Shown: positions 26,864 to 38,100 of the stretch, in pieces
Layout of the letters: each line of letters begins with the position of its first letter
Position numbering within the stretch: the stretch's first letter is position 1
IMG/VR virus record: IMGVR_UViG_3300048834_000169
Coordinates: 1 to 64,000 of that record
Source of the DNA: a virus
DNA length: 64,000 nt
Reading direction: 5' to 3' (one strand)
The notes under the pieces: model-generated
What the model saw: the letters and a program-made list of their open reading frames with translations, nothing else
Databases searched by the model: none
Told to the model about the DNA's origin: nothing
Position numbers and translations under genes: made by a program

Positions 26864-27337
26864 ATGGGCAAGCACAAGAAGACTATAGCTGAGCTTATAG
26901 AGGTCGCTAGACAGCCTATAAGCCTCGCCATTGAGACTTCTGTAGACCTAGGGCCCCTACTAGCCGCCGCGCTGTCGGACGGCCCTATAAACGATTCTGA
27001 GCTGTCTTATGAGGAGCGCCAAGTCAAGGCCTTTATCTACGATAATGACATTGTAGAGGGTACTCGCGCCGTTCCGCTCAGGCTTATTTATCAGATATAC
27101 GCTAGTAAAGCTAAAGACCCTATTCCAATGAGAAAGTTCTTTAAATTGTTTAGAAATTACTTTACAAGCAAGGTATCAGGTGCTATAATATTTACATACT
27201 TAGACCCCACGACGGTTGGTCTACCAAGTACATACAGTATGTACATGGATACGAGATTTTTCAGGAAGAAAAGCAATGGCAAAAAAAGCGGCTCCAACAA
27301 AGCAAAAACGAAAACTAAAGCTAAAGTCCAAGACTAA
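26864..27337 (+). CDS. Hypothetical protein, basic C-terminus
   Basis: ORF packed in operon. Confidence 0.6.
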   Translation: MGKHKKTIAELIEVARQPISLAIETSVDLGPLLAAALSDGPINDSELSYEERQVKAFIYDNDIVEGTRAVPLRLIYQIYASKAKDPIPMRKFFKLFRNYFTSKVSGAIIFTYLDPTTVGLPSTYSMYMDTRFFRKKSNGKKSGSNKAKTKTKAKVQD

Positions 27338-27767
27338 GCTAGATACTGATAAACAAGTCATTCCTCGTCACAGAGAAAAATACGCCGCACTCAACTTTAA
27401 GCGGCAGGTAAAGACTAGACTAGACCAGTTAGAAACTGACTATATTGATAAGCTTAGCGATAAAGATAAGGCGTGGCTTAATGCTTTTCTCGAAGAGACA
27501 GTAATCACTAATTTCCAGCACAAAGGTAAAAAATTCTACAAGAGTAAGAAAGCTAAACGAGAGCTGTGGGGCACGAATAACGCTAGAAATAGATGTATGT
27601 TTACCAAAGCTAAGGCTATGAATGCTATTGTAAATACCGAAAATCCCCAGGCTCTGGCGTCCATCTTAGATTCTGAATATATGAGCACTATGCATCCAGG
27701 GGAATACGAGGATGCTGTTTTAGAAGCTATTATGATTAAGCGTAATTTAGAAGAGGACGATACCTAA
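27276..27767 (+). CDS. Basic hypothetical protein
   Basis: Lys/Arg-rich ORF; last plus-strand gene. Confidence 0.65.
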   Translation: MAKKAAPTKQKRKLKLKSKTKLDTDKQVIPRHREKYAALNFKRQVKTRLDQLETDYIDKLSDKDKAWLNAFLEETVITNFQHKGKKFYKSKKAKRELWGTNNARNRCMFTKAKAMNAIVNTENPQALASILDSEYMSTMHPGEYEDAVLEAIMIKRNLEEDDT

Positions 27768-28049
27768 TTGTCTAAGCGCCAGCAGTAATCCTATACTTGC
27801 TGATATGCCAGCGAATACCCACATAATACCTTTAACTCCATACGACACCATGTCCACGTGTTTTTTAATAGGCCCCAGTTCTTTATAGAATCTGCCTTCA
27901 ATTTTAGATACGTGCGTCTCAAGAGTGGTACTGCGTCTGTGATGCTCTTCCATAATGGTAGTATTACGGACAAGGACTTGCTCAACTTTATCTAGCCGCT
28001 CATCGATCTTATCTAGCTTAGCATTAATCCTATTGAATTTATCGTCCAT
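27747..28049 (-). CDS. Coiled-coil plus C-terminal TM protein (holin/XhlA-like)
   Basis: LDKIDERLDKVE heptads and one TM; end of the late operon. Confidence 0.55.
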   Translation of the reverse strand: MDDKFNRINAKLDKIDERLDKVEQVLVRNTTIMEEHHRRSTTLETHVSKIEGRFYKELGPIKKHVDMVSYGVKGIMWVFAGISASIGLLLALRQLGIVLF

Positions 28050-28059
28050 AAATCACCTA

Positions 28060-30546
28060 TTACTTGTCAGAATTATCCTTATCAAATTGGTCAAAAGGTA
28101 TAGCGTCCATATTATCAAACGAAGTGACGTCTGATGACTCTAAATCTCCCGCCTCTAATGCTCTTGCATATTCTGACTTTAGACCAGGATCTTGGCTAAG
28201 CATGAATAGGGCAGCATTCCGGCTGATGTTAGTTGGGCCAATTGCGGACTTAGCTAGGGCGCCTAAGCCTTTATAGCCTTTTCTAATAAGTTCCTCAGAC
28301 TTAGCCATTAACTGTTCGTCAGGTAAATCGGAGAATGTCTTAGCGGCCGACTTAACGATGCCTGCGGGCGTCTTTACTGCGATGTCCTCGGCTTTTTGTG
28401 CTAATCCGCCTAGGGTATATGGAATACCAGAAATACCGCCGCCCTCTGACTGAGCCAATTTCATTACGGTTCCAGTAACCCCTCCAGATGCAAAATTAGT
28501 ATCCGGCTCTGCTGTCAAGTTTAGCATTTTACCTAGTTTGCCGGCACGCTCAATTTTAGGCGTCTTCTCAGTCGTAAGACCAGGAGCTAGAAATTCTGCC
28601 GCTGCTTGTAAATCTTTTCCTTGTTCTGTAGAACGGAGGCCCATATTAGTAGGGTCTGCCGTACCTATAGCCGCCTCTATCCCTCTGAACTCTCGTCCAG
28701 GCACAGAGGAAGACGCATCTAAGAACTTATTGCGTATAGCCTCTGCTTGCTTAAAGGCTTTTCCTGAAGCTTCGCTTTCAGCCAAAACTCGTTGTGCAGT
28801 AGGTTGGTCAGAAACTGACTTTAATAGCGCTTCAACGTTTACGCGCTCTGTTTGCGCTCCTGAGCGAGTCTGGTCTGACAAATTAGCGAGCCAGTCAGTG
28901 AATTGAGGACTAACTACCGACTCAGTTAATTCAGTATCTTTAGCGGTCCTACCTAGCTGTGCCTGTTTAGCGTAAAGTTTTCGACTTTCTAGGAACTGCT
29001 TAGCTGTGCTTTCGTTCAGCATGGCACCCTCAACTTCAGCCAACATCTTTTTAAATCCAAGCTGTGTAGCCGGGTCGCTAGTCATTTGAACTTTGTCTGA
29101 CAGTGCCTTATGTATTTTGTATAAGTCTTTAATAGGAGCTTCAGTTCTAGTGACGGCAGGTATAGTAAGCTCATCAGTACGACTCACCGTCTCTGTTGTT
29201 CCAGCAGGGCCTTCTGTAAGTCCTTGGGCAGTCTGTCCTTGTTTAGACTGCATAGCCTTAGTATCGTCCAAGAGCTTCTGCAAGTCTTCAGAACTTACGT
29301 CCACGTCCTTACTTCGTAAGGTAGTTTTAGTAGTGTCTACTGGAAGGCCAGTCTCTGGATCTAGTTTTCTAGTTAGCGCCTCAGTCCTAGTTAGTTTCGC
29401 CTCAGGCTTGACTATAGAAAGATCATCTACCATTTTCATGACTTTAGCTGCAATTGGTGCTTCGTCTGGAGACATATCAAATTTTTCTGCTATTTTACGA
29501 ACTTTGTCCGCTAGCTTAGAAATATCTGTCGGACTGTCGGACGCTGCCATTTGACGAACAATGGTATCTATTTCTTTAGCGCTTTTAGACTTAGCTGCTG
29601 AAGTTAATTCTAAGATTTCATTTGCAGATTTCATCAGGCCTGCGTATGCTTGCTGCTTCTTAGCTGCAGCGGCTGCGGTTAAGGGTTCGCCAATTTCTCG
29701 CGCTACTTGTTGAATTTCAGATAGCGCTAGTTCGCGACCTTCTCTAGAACCTGGCATAAGTCCGGTAGTCTTTGTAAATTCTTTACCAAACTTAGCGCTC
29801 TGAGCTGGACTAGTCTTAGACAGTAGATTCAATAATGCGGGCGTAGTCTGTAACGGGACGTTAGCTAATTGAGGAAGGATATGGGCAGGGGAAGATAAAG
29901 CTTCGCTTACGGCATCTAACTTATCTCCTTCTGTCCTACCGGCAGCAGACAGGGCTGTAGCCGTCGCAATGTCGCCGGACGAGCCTAGCAATCTACCAAA
30001 GTATCCCAGGTCCTTAGTCTTAGCTGCAGCCTGTACTGCTTTAGTGGCGGGGGCGTAGGCTAGTTGCGCTGCTTTGGATAGCATTGGTAATCTTGAGAGG
30101 GCTGCTGGCGCGGCACCTACTGGCGATATTGCCATGGGGGCGACTGTGCCTAATATTTTACCAGCGGTGTAGGCTTTTGGGCTAGATTCATACAGCTCGT
30201 CAAAAGCTCGTCTAAAGTCCTTAGAGTCTACTCCTGGCATTAAGCCTAAAGCGTCATCCAGTAGGTCATAGGTTAAGCCTTCAGCGGCGCCTAGTCCGGC
30301 AGCGGCCCCAGTCTTGATAGCACCTCCTAATAGATCAGCAGGAGTTTCTTTTTTAGTAAGATTTTCGGCTGCTAGTTGGTTTGCAAATGCCTCCGCCTGT
30401 AGCTTCTTACCTTCTTCTACGCCGGCTTTTAGTGCCTGTGGGGAAGAGCCTAGCAACGCAGCTTGTGAATTATCTGAGCCTTCAGGCGATGACTCGCCCT
30501 GCTCTGCTAAGAAATCTTCAAAGTCAACTACGTCGTCTTTAGCCAT
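28060..30546 (-). CDS. Internal virion / DNA ejection protein (large)
   Basis: Ala/Gly/Lys-rich helical 828 aa; position after nozzle genes as in podoviruses. Confidence 0.6.
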   Translation of the reverse strand: MAKDDVVDFEDFLAEQGESSPEGSDNSQAALLGSSPQALKAGVEEGKKLQAEAFANQLAAENLTKKETPADLLGGAIKTGAAAGLGAAEGLTYDLLDDALGLMPGVDSKDFRRAFDELYESSPKAYTAGKILGTVAPMAISPVGAAPAALSRLPMLSKAAQLAYAPATKAVQAAAKTKDLGYFGRLLGSSGDIATATALSAAGRTEGDKLDAVSEALSSPAHILPQLANVPLQTTPALLNLLSKTSPAQSAKFGKEFTKTTGLMPGSREGRELALSEIQQVAREIGEPLTAAAAAKKQQAYAGLMKSANEILELTSAAKSKSAKEIDTIVRQMAASDSPTDISKLADKVRKIAEKFDMSPDEAPIAAKVMKMVDDLSIVKPEAKLTRTEALTRKLDPETGLPVDTTKTTLRSKDVDVSSEDLQKLLDDTKAMQSKQGQTAQGLTEGPAGTTETVSRTDELTIPAVTRTEAPIKDLYKIHKALSDKVQMTSDPATQLGFKKMLAEVEGAMLNESTAKQFLESRKLYAKQAQLGRTAKDTELTESVVSPQFTDWLANLSDQTRSGAQTERVNVEALLKSVSDQPTAQRVLAESEASGKAFKQAEAIRNKFLDASSSVPGREFRGIEAAIGTADPTNMGLRSTEQGKDLQAAAEFLAPGLTTEKTPKIERAGKLGKMLNLTAEPDTNFASGGVTGTVMKLAQSEGGGISGIPYTLGGLAQKAEDIAVKTPAGIVKSAAKTFSDLPDEQLMAKSEELIRKGYKGLGALAKSAIGPTNISRNAALFMLSQDPGLKSEYARALEAGDLESSDVTSFDNMDAIPFDQFDKDNSDK

Positions 30547-30552
30547 AAGTTA

Positions 30553-32205
30553 CTATTTACCTTTAGCTGCTTTAGCGGCAGCCTCTTCGTATTTAGTTAA
30601 TTCTGTCTGTAAATTCGCCTCTTCGGCGTGCCAAGGCGGGAGAAGGCCTTTACTTAAAGCCGCCGCAGACTGCGCATTAGATACTGCTACTTTTCTTTTG
30701 GTTTTAGGATCAATCCATAACGTTGGTGTGTCAATTAGCCCACCAAGTATGGCGCGACCAGCAGTTTGCTCTGGTACCCCAATCCTAACTAAGTCCTCTG
30801 TATAACGATTTGTAGCTTCTTTGAGCTTATCCTGAGTTTTTCGCTGAATAACTAACGCTAGCTGTTTGGCGTACTTTTGATCGTCTGGAGACAAGTCCTT
30901 ACCTTGAGTTTCAAGAATAGCCATTCTGGTAAGTCGCGCTAAGGCGCTCTGCTCGCCGCCGAATTGCTGAACGTCTTCGTTAGTAAAGCGGCCACCACTC
31001 TCAAACATCTTAAGTAGTCCGCGCTTGATAGCTCCGCCTGAGCCTGGAATATTTGCGTCTATCAAAGATAGAGCCATGTCCACGGACATCAAAGAATCCC
31101 TAGCCTCTGCCACTAGTTTATCCTTAGTGACTTGGTCACGGAAATCCATTACTTTATCTTTTTGTGCTCTATTTAAATCGTAATAATCTTTTCTAATTTG
31201 CTCATTGTAAGTTAATGGTCTGTCAGTAGGTAGATCAAGTGCAGCTTTTTGCCCTAATGGGATAGTAGTTTTGGAGCGGGGCAGGAATATCTTATTTTCG
31301 CCTGTGTCCAAATCTTTCATAAGCTGGCCCTTCTCGGCCATCTTAACGTTAGGCTCAATTGATAGTTGTCGAGTTTGGGTATTATACCAGGCAGGGTGTC
31401 CGCCCTCAACTGCGCCCATATACACGAATTTACCGTCGCCTCCGCCCAGCACGCCCTTACCAAGAACGCCCTCTAGCGCTCGCGCAGTTTCATTGCCCTT
31501 AAGCTTTAGGCCAGCTTTCTCAGCGACTGTGCGATACGTCTGGGATATTTGACTATTAGGGTCGTCTTTTTCAGCCTCTAGGCGCATATCCATGCCGTAC
31601 TTATCTCGGTCCATTTTCATTTTAGTGGCATCTTGCAGCATTTTCTGCATTGTGGTAATGTCTTTTTGAGCGGCATCTATTCCGCTAACGTCGGGCTTTA
31701 CATCTACTCCCTGCACTCTGCTAGCAAGTCCGCCGCCCATTTGTGCAGCTCCTCGAAGCATGGTGAGCAGCGCCATAGAATTATCAGGCTGTTCGACCGG
31801 ATACAGCCTATTAAGCTCGGACGCTCGTGCGTCTCGCTTAGACTTAGCTGAAAGCTCTTCTTCCATGAGGGATGAATCTGATGAGCTGGGGAGCGCTGGT
31901 GCCTTAGGTTCGGCAGGGGCTTTATTGGCCGGCTTGGCTGCGGTATCTTCTGTAGCGTCTGGAGGTGTTGGCGTAGTTAGATTAGAAAGGTCCGCTAACA
32001 TCTTAGATACTGGGGTTTCTATCTCCGGTGCCGGAGCATCTGGCTGTACAGGCGCGGGCGATGGTTGTGCCGGTGCCGTAGCAATATTTGCCAACGCCTC
32101 TTGAATAAAGCCATCTTGAGATGCGGGTGCGCTAGAAGCCAAGGGTTCAGAAGATAACGGGAACAGTGAGGACAGGGTTTCTAGATATGACGGCTTCTTT
32201 TTCAT
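30553..32205 (-). CDS. Internal virion / ejection protein
   Basis: Low-complexity Pro/Ala N-terminus, helical; position. Confidence 0.55.
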   Translation of the reverse strand: MKKKPSYLETLSSLFPLSSEPLASSAPASQDGFIQEALANIATAPAQPSPAPVQPDAPAPEIETPVSKMLADLSNLTTPTPPDATEDTAAKPANKAPAEPKAPALPSSSDSSLMEEELSAKSKRDARASELNRLYPVEQPDNSMALLTMLRGAAQMGGGLASRVQGVDVKPDVSGIDAAQKDITTMQKMLQDATKMKMDRDKYGMDMRLEAEKDDPNSQISQTYRTVAEKAGLKLKGNETARALEGVLGKGVLGGGDGKFVYMGAVEGGHPAWYNTQTRQLSIEPNVKMAEKGQLMKDLDTGENKIFLPRSKTTIPLGQKAALDLPTDRPLTYNEQIRKDYYDLNRAQKDKVMDFRDQVTKDKLVAEARDSLMSVDMALSLIDANIPGSGGAIKRGLLKMFESGGRFTNEDVQQFGGEQSALARLTRMAILETQGKDLSPDDQKYAKQLALVIQRKTQDKLKEATNRYTEDLVRIGVPEQTAGRAILGGLIDTPTLWIDPKTKRKVAVSNAQSAAALSKGLLPPWHAEEANLQTELTKYEEAAAKAAKGK

Positions 32206-32218
32206 AAATCAGTCCTTA

Positions 32219-33253
32219 TTATACTTTTTTAGTGCCGAGTAGTCCAGCGTTTTTTGCGCCTACAGCGACGGTACCGGCACCAGTCATAGTATCGATCCAG
32301 CCCTTTGAAGCCGCAGCTTCAGTCGCATCTTGTGCCTTGCCTGCAGTAGTAGCCATTCCATGCCTAGCTAACAGGCCCTGGTTCTTATCAGCAGCCGCGG
32401 CCAACCTTTGATTACGCTGATCTTGTGCGTATGTATTACGTAGATCTACGTTTTTATTGCTAAGATCCCTGGCGTACTGAAGGTCGTACTGTTGTGCCTG
32501 ATTACTGCGATCAACGTTACGCTGCTGTACGTCTTGTCTAGTTTGTACGTTAAACCTAGACAGCGCATCGCGCCTATCTGCTAATCCAATATCTCGCCCA
32601 TATTCATCTTGCTGCATATTACGGGCTAAATTAAATTTATCTTGAATAAGCTGCCCTTGTCTGCGGTTAGCTTCTGCGGCAATATTAAGTTGCTGCTGAG
32701 CTTGCATATCTTGCGCGCCTTGAGCTGCCTGCAACTGCATGGCCAACTCTTGTCCAGCTCCTGACATACCTTGCTGAGCCATACGGGCCATAATTGCTTC
32801 GCGATTGCCTTGAGCATCCCTAGCGGCATCTCGCTGAGCTTGGAGCATTCTAGCCTCGTCTTCCAAGTCAAAACCTCCACCTTGAAGTTTAAGTTCGAGA
32901 CGAGCTAGAGCATCACGCTGAGCCTGTTGATACGCCGGGTCTAACGATATTTGCTCCGCTGCTGAGGCTTCTTGAAGTATGGCGGCTTCCATTTCTGGGC
33001 TAAATTGTCCGACGCTTTGATAATACTCCAGAGCATATTGACGTTGTTCGGGGGTTGCTATCTCCCAGTTATTTTTAATGTCGTCAGCGGCTTCTCTAGC
33101 AGCCTTTGCTTCAGCAGATTCCCCGCCGCTAATTAGCCCACCTAATCCTCCGATAATCCCGCCAATTGCCGTGCCCCATCCGGGTAAAATAGCTGTTCCG
33201 GCAGCCGCTCCGCTAGCTGCTCCGCCTAATGCTGTACCTAGTTTATTTACCAT
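32219..33253 (-). CDS. DNA pilot/ejection protein with glycine zipper
   Basis: GAAAGTAILPGWGTAIGGIIGGLGG followed by Gln/Ala-rich coiled coil. Confidence 0.65.
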   Translation of the reverse strand: MVNKLGTALGGAASGAAAGTAILPGWGTAIGGIIGGLGGLISGGESAEAKAAREAADDIKNNWEIATPEQRQYALEYYQSVGQFSPEMEAAILQEASAAEQISLDPAYQQAQRDALARLELKLQGGGFDLEDEARMLQAQRDAARDAQGNREAIMARMAQQGMSGAGQELAMQLQAAQGAQDMQAQQQLNIAAEANRRQGQLIQDKFNLARNMQQDEYGRDIGLADRRDALSRFNVQTRQDVQQRNVDRSNQAQQYDLQYARDLSNKNVDLRNTYAQDQRNQRLAAAADKNQGLLARHGMATTAGKAQDATEAAASKGWIDTMTGAGTVAVGAKNAGLLGTKKV

Positions 33254-33265
33254 AGTGTTTCCCTT

Positions 33266-34687
33266 TTATTTATACTGAGCTAAAACCTTACGTAATGCGT
33301 CGCTAGCAGCGTTTCTAACAATGCCCGCATATTTCGCGTCAGATGCATATCCTAAGTCCTTACGCATAGACTGCTTATGAAGCGCATCGTAAGCAGATTC
33401 CATAGAATTACCTATTCGGCGCCCTCGCAAAAGCGGCTCAAGTTGACGCGCTATGTCCTGATGTACTGCTGCAATTTTATTAGCGTCCACCGCAGCGTTT
33501 GATAACGATTGAGCTGTTTGTCCAGCTCGGAACTGCGTAGTACCTTGTACGGCATCAGCTAATTTAGCATACACGGCAGCCTTAATTGGATCAAGTTGTG
33601 AGATTGTGCCAAAATCTCCAGATGAAAGTTGTTGGGCGAATGCATTCTGTGGTAGCACCCCCATATTCCTAAGCATATCATCAGACGCTGTGAATCCTAG
33701 GTACGCCGAAGTATCGCCGGAAAATCCACTCCAAAGTGGCGGCAGCTCGCCCTTTTTCTGTTCTGGTGCCTGGCGACTCAGGTCAAAGTTGAAATTCTTC
33801 ATGGCCGCTCTGGCAGCATCCGCGTCCTGTTTAATAACTCTGTTAGCCTCTTCTTGTGCACGTTGTTTAGCAGTAGCCTCTGCCTGAGTCAGAACTTTAC
33901 CAACTTGCGCTCCAGTATCAGTCTTTAACTGTCCAATATCCCCCTGAACTCCAGCTATGTCTGCTGCTGCTTGCTGTCTGGCCATGGCAGCTTGTTTTTG
34001 AAATTCTGGAGCTTGTCGCCTAATGTCTGATAGTTCTCGAGTTTGTTGACCAAGCAACAGATTGTCTAAAGATGTTTGGCCGGATGTGTAGGTAGGATTC
34101 TGTCTTCCGAAGAATCTTTGGAGTAGCGCGGCGCGCCCTGGGTCTGATTTAGCGGCTTGCCCTATTTGTGATAGGTTCTGAGCCTGAGCCGCGATTTTAT
34201 CCTGACTACCCAGTTGGTCAGGACCAGCATACTGCATGTTATATGCAGTTGAAATATCCGCAATAGATTGTTCAGCTTTTGCTTGATCTGGAGAATACGA
34301 GTTCTGGCTTAGCGCTGTAATAGCATCGGTAACTTTATCCTTAGACGCATCAACTTGATCACGAACGACGCCTAATTGTCCGCCTAGTGTATTTTGCGCC
34401 TGGGATAAAGTGCTAGCTGCTTTTTGCTTCTCTTCTTGAGTCTTGCCCTTAACCATTTGGCCTAGTTGATTGCCTTGATTAGCTTTAATAAAATTTCTTA
34501 CGTTAGTGAAACTTCCAGAACTAGAAGGTCCTTGGGGGGCCGCTTGACCCGCTTGAGGAGCTTGACCGCCACCCTGACCTGCCATAGAAGATTGGCCTGA
34601 AGATGTTGCAAAAGTAGATTGTTCACCTTGAGCGTCAACTGCTTGATCCTTTGCTTTATCTTGATTTTGTTTAAGAATTGTGGCCAT
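33266..34687 (-). CDS. Gln/Ala-rich internal virion protein
   Basis: Composition and position. Confidence 0.55.
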   Translation of the reverse strand: MATILKQNQDKAKDQAVDAQGEQSTFATSSGQSSMAGQGGGQAPQAGQAAPQGPSSSGSFTNVRNFIKANQGNQLGQMVKGKTQEEKQKAASTLSQAQNTLGGQLGVVRDQVDASKDKVTDAITALSQNSYSPDQAKAEQSIADISTAYNMQYAGPDQLGSQDKIAAQAQNLSQIGQAAKSDPGRAALLQRFFGRQNPTYTSGQTSLDNLLLGQQTRELSDIRRQAPEFQKQAAMARQQAAADIAGVQGDIGQLKTDTGAQVGKVLTQAEATAKQRAQEEANRVIKQDADAARAAMKNFNFDLSRQAPEQKKGELPPLWSGFSGDTSAYLGFTASDDMLRNMGVLPQNAFAQQLSSGDFGTISQLDPIKAAVYAKLADAVQGTTQFRAGQTAQSLSNAAVDANKIAAVHQDIARQLEPLLRGRRIGNSMESAYDALHKQSMRKDLGYASDAKYAGIVRNAASDALRKVLAQYK

Positions 34688-34714
34688 ACTTCCCTATTAA
34701 TAATTTGTTTAATG

Positions 34715-35116
34715 CTATGTGAAACAGTAAATACGTAATGAATACCGCGATCCTGCAGTTAAGTTGGTGATATTAGTTACTTTTATATTAGCACCGGCGG
34801 ATTCAAATGTAAAGAAGGGCTGGCCAGTGGGCTGAGTACCTTGTCCAATCAGCTCAGCGGCTATACAAACGATGCCGCGACACGGGCCCTTTAAAGTACT
34901 TCTAAAAAACAATGGGGAGGCATTTGTAGGTAGCGTACTAACGTCCAGAACAGTCTCCTGTGCCGAAAGATTATCGGCAACAGAAAGATTATTGTTCATG
35001 GCGTTAGATAAACTATCAATCGCGTCATTAATCGGTAATAGCAGCTTATCAGTCAAATCTGAATATTGCGAAGGCAAATCTTCAGACAAGATTCGCTTAA
35101 GTTTTATTCGCGCCAT
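34715..35116 (-). CDS. Small virion protein
   Basis: Coupled to the nozzle gene (TAATG). Confidence 0.6.
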   Translation of the reverse strand: MARIKLKRILSEDLPSQYSDLTDKLLLPINDAIDSLSNAMNNNLSVADNLSAQETVLDVSTLPTNASPLFFRSTLKGPCRGIVCIAAELIGQGTQPTGQPFFTFESAGANIKVTNITNLTAGSRYSLRIYCFT

Positions 35117-38100
35117 TATCTGTTAATCCTTGGGCTGCTTACTTCAACTACTAATGATATGCCCTCTAACTGCCACTCTTCTCGAGCGACTTTATGCTTG
35201 AACTGACAATTGAGCAAACTACATCGCTGCTTACCTAATGGTATGTATGTTCTAAATCCGCGCTGCCTAGAGTCTCCGCCCCAGGGCACTCCGCCCCACG
35301 GGAAGTAGCCCCAGTTACCTAGGCCCGGCCCTAATAACTGTATTTCTTCAAATCCAGACTGTAAGTCACTACTAAAGGCCAGCACTGGCGTAGTGATCCT
35401 AGACTTCTTAAAACGCGCTGTAGCCTCTCTAAATTGCTTTATTTCACCTTCATTGCCCGCATCCTCAGGCGCCCATGTGATCTTGCACTGGTAAGCCTTA
35501 TAGAGCGTTATAGGGCCTGTTATAAGGTCGTATACAGTCTCTACAGTTACGGTAGATCTAGCCGCGTTCACTGCTACCACTTTAGCCTCGACCTCATAAT
35601 CATATGATCCGTAGTCTAGTTCCATAGTGTGACTAACGGTCTGTACCAGAATATCGCCTATAGCTACATTAGCTACGCTAGACAACGTGGCGATAGAATT
35701 AGTAGCATCATATGATACTATCGACAGTGCGTATTCTCGGTCAGCATAGTCTGATCTAGTAAATGATTTACGCTCTTGCTCTATTGCGTTAATATCAGAA
35801 GCGCCTAGGTAAAGCTTGTCATCATTGGAATTTACTATGGCGCAGGTCTTAGATTGTATCCAATTAGTCCACGCTTGTGTGACATTATTATATACCCACG
35901 CTCTTTGCGATACTGTATCATTTGAGTCTTCCGGTAACCACAGGATATATTTACGGTCAGTTTGGTAAAACACGGCGAAGGCTGTAGATGGTATATTTGC
36001 GTTGGGAGCTAGCTTTAATAGTTGATCCTCTACTGGTCTGGATATGACTAATACGCCATTATCTGATATGGTGCACACGCCTTGGTTAGAAAATGCGTAG
36101 ATTTGGTTATTACCGATTGCGACGGTGTCTGGGCCTCGCACTTGTGCGGACAAGTCGAAAGCGTCCACAATAAGGCTAGAAGTAGTCTCGCCACTGATTC
36201 TGTACACGCCGTCTGCTTTAAGTACAAAAAGACTGTCGCGCAGAGCAACGATTCTAAGTATGTCTTTATCACCACTACCTACGTTAAAGAAGTTTAGGGT
36301 AGGTACGGCCTCATAAATATTCTGCTTAGAGTAGTAGATTCGGTTCTTAGTTACCTCATTATCTGATACTACCGCTAGTGCTGCTTTTTTAAAGAATCCA
36401 CGAGCAGTGCTTCCGCTTGTAGTAGTATTCACTGCAACAGTAAACGTATTAGATGATCGTGCTGTAATAGTCCTAAGGCCATCGCACAGCTCATCGGTAT
36501 CAGTGTCCACTAAGTACACCTGATCGCCTACCTGTAGGCCATGCGCCGTAGTGGTAGTGATTACTGCTGAGGTAGCCGAGCTTATTGATGTAATGGGATT
36601 ATTCTCTGGCGCTACACTAGGGCTGAAATTAGTGCTACCTACTGTAACGCTGTTAGACATTACGTAAAACGCACTAGAACTTATGGAGCGAGCCTCTAAT
36701 AGTAATTTACCTGGAATATCGTCCACGCCGGAAATATAGTAAGCGTATATCGCGGTATTATCTGCGTATCTGTTTATAGTCCTGACTAAGTTACGCGCAG
36801 TTGTGTCCACATTTTGAGCAGGAGTGCCAGAAGTCTGAACTTCTATTTCATTTCCGTTAGCCGGAGTACCGGATACAAAGTCATACCTAGTATTGCCCAC
36901 CCACAAGGAAGTTCCCACTAATCCAGAAACTCCCGTTAATGATAAGAGTCGCTTGTGGCGAGTCTTAGTATTAGCATAGAATGCAATGTTTTTATAAATA
37001 GCGACATCTTTGGCAAAAGGGGGTTGCTCGTTAGCCTGCAGTATTCCCTCTTGTCTAGGGTTAGTGTAGAGGTCTGCTCCTCTAAAGCCGTCTGGCGTCT
37101 CGTCTGTCACTTCGATAATACCGTCTAGTATTTGCTGGGCTGTAGGGTTACTTTCGAATACTAGGCCCATATCGTCGCCAGGATTGATATTAAGACCTGA
37201 TGAAGCCTGGGTTCTGTATATCTGATAGAAGTAGTTAGTTGTAATGCCTTCGGGTACTGTAAAGGTTAGTGTAACGTTCTTACCTTGAATGGCGTTGGTG
37301 AAGTTCGCCGCTAACTGGGCTTGACCAATATAGTCCGCAGTACCTGATACTGTTATATCAGCGGCTACGGTAATGTCGAATGTAGTGGCGGTTACGTTAG
37401 ATATAGTGTAAGTGCCGTCTATGCTAGGAGTAGTGGTTGATCCTGTTATCTCCACGGAAGCGCCATTGGCCATTAGGTGCGTATCGTTAGTAGTGACTGA
37501 TATGGCGCCGGCTAGGCCAGTAGGAATAGTTAAAGTACCTTGAGCTGAAATATGTGCGTTAGGCTCGGCTATTAAAGCATCTACTACTTCGTCAAAGAAA
37601 GCTTGCTGCTCAATGAAGGCTTCCTCATTATCCACCTCAGGTGCAGGATAGTACTGAGCAATGCCGCTAGTCCACGAGCCCACGTCTACCCCTGTAGCTG
37701 CTACTGTAATAGCCTGATCTATTTTAATAGTGAAGTTAGTTGCTGTACGAGCAGTAATATCGTATGTACCGTCGATAGATGGAAAGCTGGTTGTATTGGC
37801 TAAGGTAACAGAATCGCCTACTGATAGCGTGTTATTGGCAGTGATAATTACGGAAGAGCCAGCGGTGCCTGTAGGAATATTCGTGATTACGCCTGTGCTA
37901 CCATAAACTGCGGGGTCCGGATTAGAGTGGCCAATATCGGCCTCTAATTTAAAGCATAGCTCTTTAAGCGCTGCGTTTAGTTCTACAGCACTAGCGGTAG
38001 TTCCTATGGCAAGCGTGTTGTAATCCGTATCAGTAAGAGTGCCGGTATTTATTGCGGCAGCGTCGTCTAATTTATCCAAAAGAGCGTTGAAGTCTGGGAT